Positions 21,388 through 31,690 of a stretch of DNA of 64,000 bases are shown here, one piece after another; within the stretch, counting starts at the first letter, position 1, and each line of letters begins with the position of its first letter. This stretch comes from Nematocida ausubeli (taxonomy: Eukaryota): NCBI RefSeq assembly GCF_000738915.1, contig NW_026515636.1, forward strand, positions 645,175 to 709,174. Reading direction: 5' to 3'. Position numbers and translations under genes: made by a program. The notes below the pieces were generated by a model. The model searched no databases. It was not told the DNA's origin and was given only the letters and a program-made list of their open reading frames with translations.

Positions 21388-24300
21388 CTATCTCACAGGG
21401 GGCTTTAAAGTAATTACATCGCAGATATCTGCAGGTGGATTAGAGACACCAAGCGGTGTTATAATGATAACCTGTGTGTCAATCCGTCTGGCAGTCTCAA
21501 ATATCAGATTTAGAGCAGCCTTTCTGTTCAGTGCATCCATGAACACGTCAAATTCATCCAGAATGCGCAGTGGAGAAGTGATCAGTGGCCAGAGCGAAAG
21601 AAGGAAACACAGCCCAGAGAAAGACCTTTCCCCGCCACTCAGCGAATTCTTGTCGCCTTTTGATGCCTCTGTGACTTTCACCCTTATGTCAAGCACTTCT
21701 TTTTGGTGATCAAACTCAAGAGAGCCCGAGTACTCTCGCATGCTCATTAGGTCAGAGAAGTTCCGTATGCTTGAGTTGGATATTTTGTACGTGAGGTCCT
21801 CTCTTTTGCGCACTCTCTCCAGTGTTCCCTTCTCTATTTCTTCTATTTCCTCCTGGTTCTCCTGAAGAAGCATATTTATTCTGTCTATCTCGCACTCTAG
21901 CTCCTTTTTCTTCTCCAGCAGCACCCTTCTTTCCTCCTCTTCATCCAGAATCGTGCTGTCCATGCCTTCAATCTGGCTCATTTCATGCAGAGCTGGCTGC
22001 GACGAGTATGCATACGACTTTGCTGTTAGGCTAATGATTTCACCCTCAATTTCATTTGGCTCCCTCTCCACATGCAGGATATGCTGCGAAGACAGATCCA
22101 TTGCAGTGTCTCTCAGGCAGGCGCACTCCTTATGGAGCATTTCCAGGTGCGAGTTCATCTTATCTATTCTTCTCTGCAGGCTTGCCAGTAGTGCTTCATT
22201 TTCCTGCGATGCCTGGGTTATATTTTCGTGCTCCAGAGTGTACTGCTTTATTTCTTTTTTGTGCAGTGCCTCTTCTCTTTCCTGTGCACATTTATTCTCC
22301 TCAAGGATCCTTACTATTTCTGCCTGACTGGCAGCTATTTCATGAAGAACTTCTTTGTACGTCTCTGCTACAGACACTTTCTGTTTTTCAGCTGCGTCCA
22401 TCATCTGAATAGAATTCTTGTACTCTATTTCCAGTACATCCGTCTGCATGGTTTCCCTTCTTTTTATCTCTTCTTCGAGTTCTGCTATTCTGTCCTGAAT
22501 TAAAGCCTGTTTCTCATGGTGGCTGGCCAGTGCACTCTGTATCTCTCCTGAAGATGCAATGAGAGTGTTCTTTCTCTGAAACAGCTCCTTCTGCTGTTCT
22601 TTCATCTTTTCAATCTCATGAAGCAGCTCTGTCTCGCTCTCCTGTGAAACAAGAAGCTGTTTCTCGCGCACAGTACAGCGCATGTCGCTTAAGCTTGTCC
22701 CAATGTACTGGATTCTGTCTGGCGCTGGTGTCAGGAAAAATTCAAACCCGACTTTCTTCTGGAGAAGGGTGTATGCACTTTGCCTGTTGTCCAGAAGGCC
22801 TATTTTCTCAATACCCAGAAGAATAATCAGCTGCTCAACAACAAGCGGGTTGCTGTCCTGTATCTGCGCAAGAACTGTTGTAACAGGAGAGGAAGACACA
22901 GAGCTGGCCTGCTGCATGATGCTCTGTGAGACTTTGAGGGCCTTTTCCAGAATTCTGTCGTCTTTTCTTATAGCATGTGGGGTTGTAACATATATTTGGT
23001 ATCTGTGCACTTTGTGCTTTGCAAAAATTCCCTCCAGCCGCGCCTTCACGTTCTTGCAGTGCAAGATAAACCCGAATATGCAGCTGCCCAGAGCAGACTC
23101 AGTGGCTCGGGACCACTTTTTATCCTTCACATGTATTTCCAGGCCAATGGGTCCTGTGACTTCTAGATTCTGTGCCTTTATTTCGGCAATGGCAGCTTCC
23201 ATTGCAGGCCCGTAGAATTTAATTGGGCTCTGCTGCTTATACGACTGCAGAATAAGCTGTTTCTTCTGGCTGCTCTGCTCAAGAGACTCAATCTCTTTGT
23301 GCACCTTGGAGATAGTTAGTTCCGTTTGTGCTTTCTGCACTGCCAGCTGTGCCTGTTCCTTTTCATTCTGGTTTTTTTCGTTGTTCAGCTCCTTAAGGGC
23401 TGCTTCTAGACTCTCTTCACTCTTTTTCTGGTCCTCAGAGGTCTCTGCTGGTCTGCCTAGTATTTGCTCAATCCTGGATACTTTCTTTTTCATTTGTTCT
23501 ATGTCGTATTCTGACTGCTCAAGTTCTTTTAATATTTCAACTTTTCTTCTTTCATTTTTCCCCAGAGTTTCCTTTATCTGGTCAAGCCTGTCCTGCCGCC
23601 TAACCTGGAGGGAGTTCTTTTTCTGCGCTAGCACAGAGAGTTTCCCTGTGATCTCCTCAAGTTTTGCAAGATTGTTCTTTTTCTCCTGCGACTTAGATGC
23701 GTATTCATTTAGCATATGCTCCCTCTCTCTTTCTGCTGCGATTCTTCGCTTTTCTTCCTGGTGTGCCCTTCCCCAAGCATATTCCACCTTTAATCTTCTA
23801 ATTGACTCTTCTGCAGATATGATTGCATCTTTTATTTCCAGCCTGTTTGCCACTGCTTCTAGTGTCTTTTCTTTGTTCGCCTGCCTGGTAGTTGCAGCCT
23901 CCAACGACTTTTTTATTTCCTGCAGCAGGAGCTGGTCGTGGATCTGGTTGTTTTCAATGTTCTCAATGTCTGTGGCAGACTTAAAGAAGGAATAGATGCT
24001 TTTTAAGTTGTGCGCCTTCAAGATCTTCTTTGCTTGGTCCTGCGTCAGAAAGCACAGTGGATTTCTTAGGTTTATTCTTAATTGCTCTATCAGAGCATTC
24101 AAGTCATCCTGCGTCTTGCCAGATGCTTCTCCGTTTGTGGTTATTCGTATACGAGAACTCTCTGGGGAGAGTCTTTTCTCAATTACGATCACATCTGGCT
24201 GGAGGCTTTCTCCTTTTACTTTTAGCTCTACTCTTATCACAGAGTAGTCTTCTCCTGTTTTGATGTACTGCTTATAAGAATGCCCCCGCATGGCTGTTGC

Positions 24301-24468
24301 GCGAACGCCAAACAGCACCCCCAGTGCAATCATAATGGCAGATTTACCACTTCCATTGTTCCCCACCAAGCATGTTACTTTTTTAGTAAATGCCACATAC
24401 AAATTATCATGGCACATAAAATTCACGAGCTGAATATTCTGCAGAAAGCATCCAGTTTCATTTCGCAT
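21388..24468 (-). CDS. SMC6: Structural maintenance of chromosomes protein 6
   Basis: NFMCH, GNNGSGKSAI, hinge GPIG, LSGGERSFS, LRILDEFDVFMD. First ATG at 24468. Confidence 0.93.
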   Translation of the reverse strand: MRNETGCFLQNIQLVNFMCHDNLYVAFTKKVTCLVGNNGSGKSAIMIALGVLFGVRATAMRGHSYKQYIKTGEDYSVIRVELKVKGESLQPDVIVIEKRLSPESSRIRITTNGEASGKTQDDLNALIEQLRINLRNPLCFLTQDQAKKILKAHNLKSIYSFFKSATDIENIENNQIHDQLLLQEIKKSLEAATTRQANKEKTLEAVANRLEIKDAIISAEESIRRLKVEYAWGRAHQEEKRRIAAEREREHMLNEYASKSQEKKNNLAKLEEITGKLSVLAQKKNSLQVRRQDRLDQIKETLGKNERRKVEILKELEQSEYDIEQMKKKVSRIEQILGRPAETSEDQKKSEESLEAALKELNNEKNQNEKEQAQLAVQKAQTELTISKVHKEIESLEQSSQKKQLILQSYKQQSPIKFYGPAMEAAIAEIKAQNLEVTGPIGLEIHVKDKKWSRATESALGSCIFGFILHCKNVKARLEGIFAKHKVHRYQIYVTTPHAIRKDDRILEKALKVSQSIMQQASSVSSSPVTTVLAQIQDSNPLVVEQLIILLGIEKIGLLDNRQSAYTLLQKKVGFEFFLTPAPDRIQYIGTSLSDMRCTVREKQLLVSQESETELLHEIEKMKEQQKELFQRKNTLIASSGEIQSALASHHEKQALIQDRIAELEEEIKRRETMQTDVLEIEYKNSIQMMDAAEKQKVSVAETYKEVLHEIAASQAEIVRILEENKCAQEREEALHKKEIKQYTLEHENITQASQENEALLASLQRRIDKMNSHLEMLHKECACLRDTAMDLSSQHILHVEREPNEIEGEIISLTAKSYAYSSQPALHEMSQIEGMDSTILDEEEERRVLLEKKKELECEIDRINMLLQENQEEIEEIEKGTLERVRKREDLTYKISNSSIRNFSDLMSMREYSGSLEFDHQKEVLDIRVKVTEASKGDKNSLSGGERSFSGLCFLLSLWPLITSPLRILDEFDVFMDALNRKAALNLIFETARRIDTQVIIITPLGVSNPPADICDVITLKPPVR

Positions 24469-24742
24469 AAAAAAATATTCTGTCCTGCATAAATAGACAT
24501 CTCCTGTAAAAGTGCTACAGCCAAAAATTATGCAAAAAAGTGCACTGTAACAGTCATAATTATCCAAGGAATTTCTGTGAAAAGGACTTTATAGAAGATA
24601 AATGCCTTCAAAAACATAGATATAATAGAGCCTTTCTGAAGACTAATTGTACATGGAATATTTTAGCTTGAATTTATCCGAAATATCCTCTAGCAAAGAG
24701 TTCTTCTATGGTAGTAATAAAATCGGGAAAAACTATTTTTGC

Positions 24743-25690
24743 ATGGACATATGCGAGAATAATGAGGTAATTGAGTTATCACAGTACTACCACAATGACA
24801 AGGTCATTGCCCTATCAGAATACGGGAAGATCCTTTTTACTGCCACCAAGCACCACCTGTACGCATGGGATGACAAAGAAATTTCACTTCTTGCAGTATT
24901 CAGAGTGCCAACAGCAGAGAACTCAAGTGAAAAGTATCAGCTAGAGGGTCTTCTTGCAAACAAAAATGACCACAGACATGATTTGGATAGATTTAAATTA
25001 TTCATGCTAGAAGAAGAAAGACCTCCTCTCTACATATTCCTGCCTAAGGGATACTACATAATCAACAGACTCACTATAAGTGTTCACTTGCAAAAAAGAT
25101 TCATTCCATACTGCCACACAAAAAATGGTTCATTCGCAGTAGAGGAGGATAATACACTCTATTTCTATGGAAAGAAGAAAATTCCACTTTTAAAGCTGCC
25201 AGCAGATGATATATGCACAAAACTCAAGTGCATAGGAGAAGAGCTGTATGCAGCCACAGAAAAAGGACATATTCTAAAAATAAGCATACACAGTGCAGAA
25301 GACAAAGCAGTTGAAATTCCCATGTGTGCCCCCTGCACAAATAAAGTCATTTTTAATCTGGAGGACCACATAGTCACTAGTACACTTGCATTTGCAGGCG
25401 CAGAGTGCCCAATCCTTGACTTCCATCTTCACCCAATTATCATCGCATATTTTGGCAGAAGGCTGTACAGTCCTTTAATCGAGTGCAAGGAAAAAGAGCA
25501 AATCTTGAATTTTTATTGCATGCATTCTCTATTTATTGTTTTCACACCCGCGGGAGTTTTATTACTGAACGAATCCCTTCACCGTCTTAATAGAAGCAGA
25601 GTTCATGGAGAAGCTATTTCGCATATGGATAGGATATTCATATCCCAGGAGGTTGGGACACTTAATGAGATACGTATCTCTTCACTTTGA
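24743..25690 (+). CDS. Hypothetical protein, possibly beta-propeller-like
   Basis: ORF open from 24647. ATG at 24743 has the local TTTTGCATG context (24653 is an alternative). Beta-strand-like segments (ILFTATKHHLYAW, ELYAATEKGHILKI). Confidence 0.65.
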   Translation: MDICENNEVIELSQYYHNDKVIALSEYGKILFTATKHHLYAWDDKEISLLAVFRVPTAENSSEKYQLEGLLANKNDHRHDLDRFKLFMLEEERPPLYIFLPKGYYIINRLTISVHLQKRFIPYCHTKNGSFAVEEDNTLYFYGKKKIPLLKLPADDICTKLKCIGEELYAATEKGHILKISIHSAEDKAVEIPMCAPCTNKVIFNLEDHIVTSTLAFAGAECPILDFHLHPIIIAYFGRRLYSPLIECKEKEQILNFYCMHSLFIVFTPAGVLLLNESLHRLNRSRVHGEAISHMDRIFISQEVGTLNEIRISSL

Positions 25691-26056
25691 CTCGTCCGTG
25701 TCAATTAGCATGACCAGCCCGGAGAGTGCTTCGATTTCTTCTTCTGAATAATTTATTACAAGGCAGTCCTCAAACATTGCTTCTTTTCTTTCGCCCCCAT
25801 TCGTATTAATCTCATTGTATGCTACATCATAACCTTCCCCAGCACCATCCAGTAGCATTCTTGGGACAGCTTGCCTCTGCCGGTGCTTTATTTCTTTGCT
25901 CATGAACTTAACTGGTCTGTGCTTCTTGTGTATCTTCAAGTACAGCCCGCATGCATTGCACAGGTAGTTACCCGTCTCGCTCCTTCTCCACAGTGGAGTT
26001 ATGTTTGTCTTGCAATTTTCACATGTTATGTCATCACCTTTCTTATACTTTATCAT
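25682..26056 (-). CDS. GATA zinc-finger transcription factor
   Basis: CENCKTNITPLWRR...LCNACGLYLKIHKKHRP (C-X2-C-X17-C-X2-C). Overlaps the convergent gene by 9 bp. Confidence 0.93.
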   Translation of the reverse strand: MIKYKKGDDITCENCKTNITPLWRRSETGNYLCNACGLYLKIHKKHRPVKFMSKEIKHRQRQAVPRMLLDGAGEGYDVAYNEINTNGGERKEAMFEDCLVINYSEEEIEALSGLVMLIDTDESK

Positions 26057-26136
26057 CTTCTGCTGATTGTAATGTGATCAATTGTTTTCGATTTAATCAA
26101 GAAATTTAAATTTTATACTTTTCACTGGTTGATCAA

Positions 26137-26868
26137 TTATGTGAAAGATAGTTCGTGGTTGCAGACTGGGCATCTGCAGCTTCTACTTAGAAGCCATGGA
26201 TCAATGCAATTGCAGTGGTAGTAGTGGGAGCACTGGAGTGTACGAATGAATTCTGAGTCCATAAATTTTTCGAAGCAAATAGGACACTCTTCGTACTTTC
26301 GATCAGACGCATTGATGTTTTCGTACTTCTGTAAGAGCACAGTTGATAGGTCCTTTGGGCGCACTAGTTTAATCTGTGGCTCATCCAGTCTTTCAAATAG
26401 GCTAGGGAACACGAATATCATTAGAATCAGAAAGAGAATGTAAAGTATTTGGACAATTGGCAGGGACCCTCTTACTCTATTGGTTATTTTTACTGTGGGG
26501 AAATTTGCACTTTTTTTGTACATAGAGACAAGTCTATCGTATGTTGATGGGTCAATTGGAATCACATGGAATAGATCGGTGGAAGTGTATTCCATATTGG
26601 TTCTATCAAGGATGAGCATCCCAGAAGCACCCATTTCCTTGAGGTTGCTGTATTTGGAGAGCGTAGAACACCCGCCTCCTTTTTTTACCATTCCCAGCCA
26701 CTTTCTGTCGATCTTCATGGGGACAATTTGGCAGGCATTCTTGCTGTCCTCAAGGACTGTAAGAGGCACCACTGCGTACTCTTCTGTGCTTGGTGTGATT
26801 ACGACAGAGGAGAAAGAGAGTTCTGTGCAGACTGCAAGAATAAAGAAGAATCTACGCTTTATATCCAT
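26137..26868 (-). CDS. PA-TM-RING-H2 E3 ubiquitin ligase (RNF13/GRAIL-like architecture)
   Basis: Signal peptide, PA-like KGGGCS..K...GA, TM helix, CPIC...CSHYYHCNCIDPWL...CPVC. Confidence 0.88.
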   Translation of the reverse strand: MDIKRRFFFILAVCTELSFSSVVITPSTEEYAVVPLTVLEDSKNACQIVPMKIDRKWLGMVKKGGGCSTLSKYSNLKEMGASGMLILDRTNMEYTSTDLFHVIPIDPSTYDRLVSMYKKSANFPTVKITNRVRGSLPIVQILYILFLILMIFVFPSLFERLDEPQIKLVRPKDLSTVLLQKYENINASDRKYEECPICFEKFMDSEFIRTLQCSHYYHCNCIDPWLLSRSCRCPVCNHELSFT

Positions 26869-28159
26869 TAATAATTATGAGGAGGATGGTTTTATAGATG
26901 TATTTGTTATTCTGTCTGTCCATGGATACAGTATGTTTCAGTTCCATTTTGTCTGAGTTTTGTTTATTCGATTTTCAGGAAACCTAAGCATCCCTAAGGC
27001 ACCCATGCAGACTGAAACAGAAGATTTAATGCGAGAATGCGAGAATACGAGAATACGCAGTGCATGAAGATGCATTATTTCATTCTTATTATTCCATGGG
27101 AAATATTGGCTGTAAGATATTCATCACATGAGAAAGACCATTCGATCAATATTTCCGTATAGAATGATGTTTCATTTTGTATGCACTAAGACACTCATAC
27201 ATGGAATTTAGTTCAGTATTTGTGCTATGACTAAATTATTCACAAAGAAATAGCAGACCCAGAATTAGCTTAAATTTACACAGTATTCATATTCTATTAG
27301 TGATTCCCCCTTATATGCACTCTAGTGCATCCTTCATATACGCCTTAAATAACTTAAGTCAGTCAATGTTCTCCAAGGATATACTTACTGGGAGAAGTCA
27401 ATTAATTGCACTATTTCAGTTGAAATATTCATTTATCTTGCAAGGGTGCATCAGAATATGCTTAGACCCACTGCACAGTGCCCCTTTATTCTCATATTAT
27501 TTTTGCAGTCTGATTACTCCATACTATAATTTCACTCTATGCAGTAGAGAACACTCTGCACTAAATCTAGCCCACATACTACTGCAGAAATATCAGAAAT
27601 ATCACTCCCTAAGAATCTTCACTTTTCAACTATGCCATTGAATATGCACTCCTTCTTGTGTACCCCCTGTGATACTCTTCTGCTGCATGAAAGTTCTTTC
27701 CTGCATAAAACAAGATGGAATTCTTTAAGAAGAATATTCACCAAAGCATAAAGAATATAATTCAGTATAAAGGGAGATTACACACAATATCAATAGAATA
27801 AATATCCTACATCGTATATAACACAAATTGGATAGAACTTTTTTCATGAAGGAAAGACTCTTTCTCTCATAAAGAACTTAACCAGAATCCCATAAGAATC
27901 ACCAGAAAGAACAGAAATATGCTAATATTAGTGGTATATGAGCCTACAATGAATATATTCCCGTTAGACTTACAGATACACTAGATTATCAAGATATAGT
28001 AATACTGATGAATACAACTGAAAAATACCCTTCTCACAAACGGACTAATAACTCATTCTTAGCCTGTCTCTGATCAATTACTATTTCCCTAATAATACTC
28101 CTGTCTCACAGTACGGTACTAAATATATAATTTACTCTTTATTTCCTTTACTTAATTTA

Positions 28160-28456
28160 CTATTTGCCATTTAATATTTTCATTTGCAAGTCATCGCACT
28201 CTTTCACTAGCTTCTCATTCTCCTGGGCTAGATCTATCACAGCCTCCTTGAGTTCCTTCACTTCCATGTTCTCCTTGCCTTGCAGTATCTCCAGGCACAA
28301 GGATATGTCGTACTTTAGGTTATAGTCCATGGTCTGCGCATTCATCATGGAGAGATACTCTAAGACACCCTTTCTTTCATCTTTCTTTTGTGTCTTTTCT
28401 GTGGTGCATTCCAGTCTATCTTCATTCGTCTTCTCCTCAAAGGGAATTCTGGCCAT
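28160..28456 (-). CDS. Small coiled-coil hypothetical protein
   Basis: ATG at 28456 (MARIPF). Heptad-like C-terminus ELKEAVIDLAQENEKLVKECDDLQ. Confidence 0.65.
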   Translation of the reverse strand: MARIPFEEKTNEDRLECTTEKTQKKDERKGVLEYLSMMNAQTMDYNLKYDISLCLEILQGKENMEVKELKEAVIDLAQENEKLVKECDDLQMKILNGK

Positions 28457-28562
28457 CCTTTGCAAAAATACTTTGGTACTTATATAGTGAAAAGGCGGGC
28501 TATGGCCCGGGTATTTTATTGCAAGTGCCTGCCAAGCACAGAGGACATGAAAATATGTGTGC

Positions 28563-28633
28563 GCGCTAATGGTATAATGGTAGAACGCAACCCTTCCAAG
28601 GTTAAGACCCGGGTTCGATTCCCGGTTAGCGCA
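28563..28633 (+). tRNA. tRNA-Gly(TCC)
   Basis: Acceptor stem GCGCTAA/TTAGCGC+A, anticodon loop CTTCCAA in an AACC/GGTT stem, T-arm CCGGG-TTCGATT-CCCGG, followed by a T5 Pol III terminator. Confidence 0.96.
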
Positions 28634-28718
28634 CTTTTTGTCCTTTTGTCCGTTAAAAATTAAACAAAAAGAAGACCTCTACAGCCATGCACTCACTCCG
28701 AATATAATCCGAATTTAT

Positions 28719-29663
28719 TCAGTTCTGGTCCAGATGCTCCTCTTCCTTCTGTCTTTCTCTTGGGGGCGCGTATAAAATGTAGTCACCCAGGTCAATTGCC
28801 TGCTGCACAGTCATATTGAACGGGTACAGGACTGTATCTAGCTTCTCTGCTGGGTATAATCTGGCTCTTGCATACTTTGTGCCTTTGTAAAGGGAATTTC
28901 TTCTCTCCCAGATGTATTCTACGTATGCATGGTGGTGCCAGAATATTGGATCATTTGTGCTTTGCATGTACGCCATGTCTCCGTATTTTCCCCCAATGTT
29001 TAGGTGCACGAGTGCATGGGGAATCAGCTCCAGCTCGATTGTGAAGTCATAGAAGGAGTTTTTCTTGTTGATCACTGTGCTTATCTCTACCGCATCATAG
29101 AACGGGTCTATTTTGGTGCTTTGTGTGCGCTGCAGGCAGTGGGTTGTTGGTTCATGGACAAGAAAGCACCGGGTGATGCCCCAGTAGAATTCCTTCAGCA
29201 TGGGGGAGTCACTTGGTCTCTCTGCATCAATGGTCCAGTCCCAGTACGGGACAGTCATATCCGGGTTGTCACTGAGTGTCTGCAGAAGATATTCAAAGTA
29301 TAGAAGGAAAAGTCTGTGCCATGGAAGGAATTCAAGTGAATTATGCGCGTAGTCCTTTACTGTGTAGTGCACTCGTGCTAGTGGCTCAAGATAACCATGT
29401 GCCCTCAGTAGATTAATTGCTTCTTTATATTCCTTCCATTCTGTTTTTGTCATATCCCGAAACTCTTTCCTTATTCTTGGTTTTCGGATTTGAGGAATAT
29501 ACAGGTGTGCTTCATTTATGGTTAGCAAGGGATTCCTTGGTCCTTCGTATATCTCGTCTTCCTCCTCCAGGAATGGGCTTGCGAATGGATTTGGGTTGAA
29601 GGGAATTGATGTGTGAATCAAGGCGTGCACTGCTGCCAGTCCAAGGATCAGTACATTTTTCAT
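28719..29663 (-). CDS. Secreted tyrosinase-family (type-3 copper) protein
   Basis: Signal peptide MKNVLILGLAAVHA. CuA His in RVH, YAH, FLPWHR; PYWDW; CuB His in IPH, LVH, DPIFWHHH. Confidence 0.92.
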   Translation of the reverse strand: MKNVLILGLAAVHALIHTSIPFNPNPFASPFLEEEDEIYEGPRNPLLTINEAHLYIPQIRKPRIRKEFRDMTKTEWKEYKEAINLLRAHGYLEPLARVHYTVKDYAHNSLEFLPWHRLFLLYFEYLLQTLSDNPDMTVPYWDWTIDAERPSDSPMLKEFYWGITRCFLVHEPTTHCLQRTQSTKIDPFYDAVEISTVINKKNSFYDFTIELELIPHALVHLNIGGKYGDMAYMQSTNDPIFWHHHAYVEYIWERRNSLYKGTKYARARLYPAEKLDTVLYPFNMTVQQAIDLGDYILYAPPRERQKEEEHLDQN

Positions 29664-29912
29664 GCAGGGCTTAATTTTTTCTACTAAGAAATATCAGACC
29701 ACAGAAGACAAAAATAACCAAAATAGATAAATCCTGGTCTATCATGCGTAATATGCAGTGTGCACAAAAGAGAAAGTGTTTTAGTCAGGAGATATCCGTA
29801 TATAGCCAGATCTAAATAGTTTTCAAGTGAGTTTTGTTTCTGTTATATGATAGAATATATTTGGGTTGTACAACTCTTTCGGGTTATATTGGGTGCACTT
29901 ATTATTCTTGTT

Positions 29913-30346
29913 GGATATTGTAGTAAATATCTCATTATTAATTTGAGACTCCAAGAATTTTCAACTCTCACTCTCCAAAATATTCTTTATATACAAGAAG
30001 ACTACTAATTCTAAAAGGATATTAATAGAAGCAGTATATGACAACAGTAAGAAATATATTTAATAAAAGTACAAAGAGTCACAGGCACCAAAGACACTTA
30101 CAAAAAGTGATAAAAATAGAACATTCTTGACAACTACCCCTATCAGAGTCTAAAATACTACTATCTTCTGACTGAAATATTACTTCTTTTTATGTACATC
30201 AATTAGCATGTGCTTCTTCTATTAATATTTTCATTCAATCTAGTAGGGTAGTAGTCTGGTGTATGAAAATATTTCAGAAATTAAATTTATTATTGACAGA
30301 CTCTTGTAGTCTCAGAATAATAATGAGAGATTTTACTAAAATATTC
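29913..30346. mobile_element. Foldback/MITE-like element with long imperfect inverted arms
   Basis: 29921-29964 (tagtaaatatctcattattaatttgagactccaaga..) matches the reverse complement of 30293-30338. Weaker arm similarity continues inward to ~30033/30212 (agactacta, atattaatagaag). Confidence 0.65.
30037..30173 (+). mobile_element. Internal fragment of LTR family B
   Basis: caacagtaagaaatat ... caactacccctatcagagtctaaaatactactatct is shared with 792-1086 and 4066-4290. Confidence 0.8.
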
Positions 30347-30464
30347 TTCTGTAGAGTAGAGAAGACACAGAATAATTCAGATATTCAGATATTCAGATTA
30401 TTCAGATTATACTAGTCAAAATATACAATATATTTTATTAAGAAGGAGTATTATTACTGTTTCT

Positions 30465-30758
30465 TGTTAATATATTTATTACTGCTTTCATGTACTGTTT
30501 ACTGTTAATACATTTATTACTGGTTATATTCTGGTTTTTAGTGAAAATATATCTATTGAATTATTCTTGCATAACTAATAATTAAATTCTTGTCTCTAGG
30601 GAAATTTCAGAGAATTCTTTGCATAGTGTAGAGGTAAATTCTTACAAAATCAAAATAGAAAAAATACCAACTACTATGCCTGTGATACACGAAATACTCA
30701 TTATTTATATCGGGTTATATCTTCGCTCAAACGTATTAAAGCAATAAACTCCTACCCC
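30465..30758 (+). repeat. Dispersed ~290-bp repeat, family C, copy 1
   Basis: Colinear with 46716-47002 (tgaaaatatatctattgaattattcttgc...ctttgcatagtg...caaacgtattaaagcaataaac). Followed by degenerate GGTTA repeats. Confidence 0.9.
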
Positions 30759-30966
30759 AGGTTAATTCGTGTTTATATCTGGTTTATTCGGTTTATTCTG
30801 TTCTATTAATATATATTTCACTCCCTAGTCTATTTCCCATCTGTACTAGACTAGCAGACAGAGGCATAGAAGTATTATGACTCCTTTTAAGAGATAAAGT
30901 TTGATCGATTATCTTATCCAATAGATATGACTTTCATTAAAAATACATCTGTACTACGTACGTTGT

Positions 30967-31638
30967 CTATCCCTTTATGCTTTTCAGGGGCTTAGTGGCC
31001 CTGTAGACCATTCTCTTAAAATCTGTTTCATTCTCTTCTATGGGTACAAATGATCCTTTGTATGCATATTTCTTCATGGCTGCTGTGACAAGCATTCTCT
31101 CCATGTTTATTGTATAGAAGCCAACTGCCACTCGCCTTTTTATCTTGAACTTCTGGAATATCTGCAGAATCTCCTCTTCATTCATTCTGTCTGCACTGTA
31201 CACGACTAGAATATTCTTCTTAGAGCACAGTCTCAGAAGATTTCTTACATTATATATCCACATTCTTTTAGTCGCTGGGTTAATGTACCCATCCATGTCT
31301 ATGGTGAAGTATATCCCAGCATGCGCTGCACTGGATATAGATCCCTTTGTGTACGCTCTTTCTCCTGTCATGTCCAGCTGCACTGAATGAATCTGCCACT
31401 GTGCACACCTCAAGAGATCATCACTTGTCTGCACGAATATCTCGCATATGTCAAACTTGCAGGATATGCTGTATACACCTCTTGGTTTTACATTTGGTCC
31501 CATCCCATCCAGGATTACTTTTGTAATTCCTGCAGTTCTCTCAGGTCCATCTGCTTTATCTAGCAGATGTCTCCTGTAAGAATGTACAACAGGAAGGCCT
31601 TTGTACAAGGATAGTGAACTATTTCTACTAGAATCCAT
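30967..31638 (-). CDS. RPP1: RNase P/MRP subunit p30 (RPP1/RPP30)-like
   Basis: KFDI..., ISSAAHAGIYFTI, KRMWIYNVRNLLR..KKNILV matches the RPP30 pattern (A..RGI.FEI...RR..I.N...L.R...KNII). ATG at 31638. Confidence 0.7.
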   Translation of the reverse strand: MDSSRNSSLSLYKGLPVVHSYRRHLLDKADGPERTAGITKVILDGMGPNVKPRGVYSISCKFDICEIFVQTSDDLLRCAQWQIHSVQLDMTGERAYTKGSISSAAHAGIYFTIDMDGYINPATKRMWIYNVRNLLRLCSKKNILVVYSADRMNEEEILQIFQKFKIKRRVAVGFYTINMERMLVTAAMKKYAYKGSFVPIEENETDFKRMVYRATKPLKSIKG

Positions 31639-31690
31639 TTTAATTATTTTCGGATGCAAAATATTTATAATTCTTCTGTTTTTTCAAATT

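Noticed and set aside
21362..24492. Many plus-strand ORFs inside SMC6, and similar ones inside beta-COP, SMC1 and DBP2
   Set aside because: Antisense shadows of K/E/Q-rich coding sequence, mostly with non-ATG starts.
27030..27060. (GAGAATRC)n 8-mer run, and the GA/GT run at ~16777-16815
   Set aside because: Ordinary short tandem repeats with no recurrence elsewhere in the window.
27300..27641. 113-aa plus-strand ORF in the long spacer
   Set aside because: GTG start, atypical composition and no domain.
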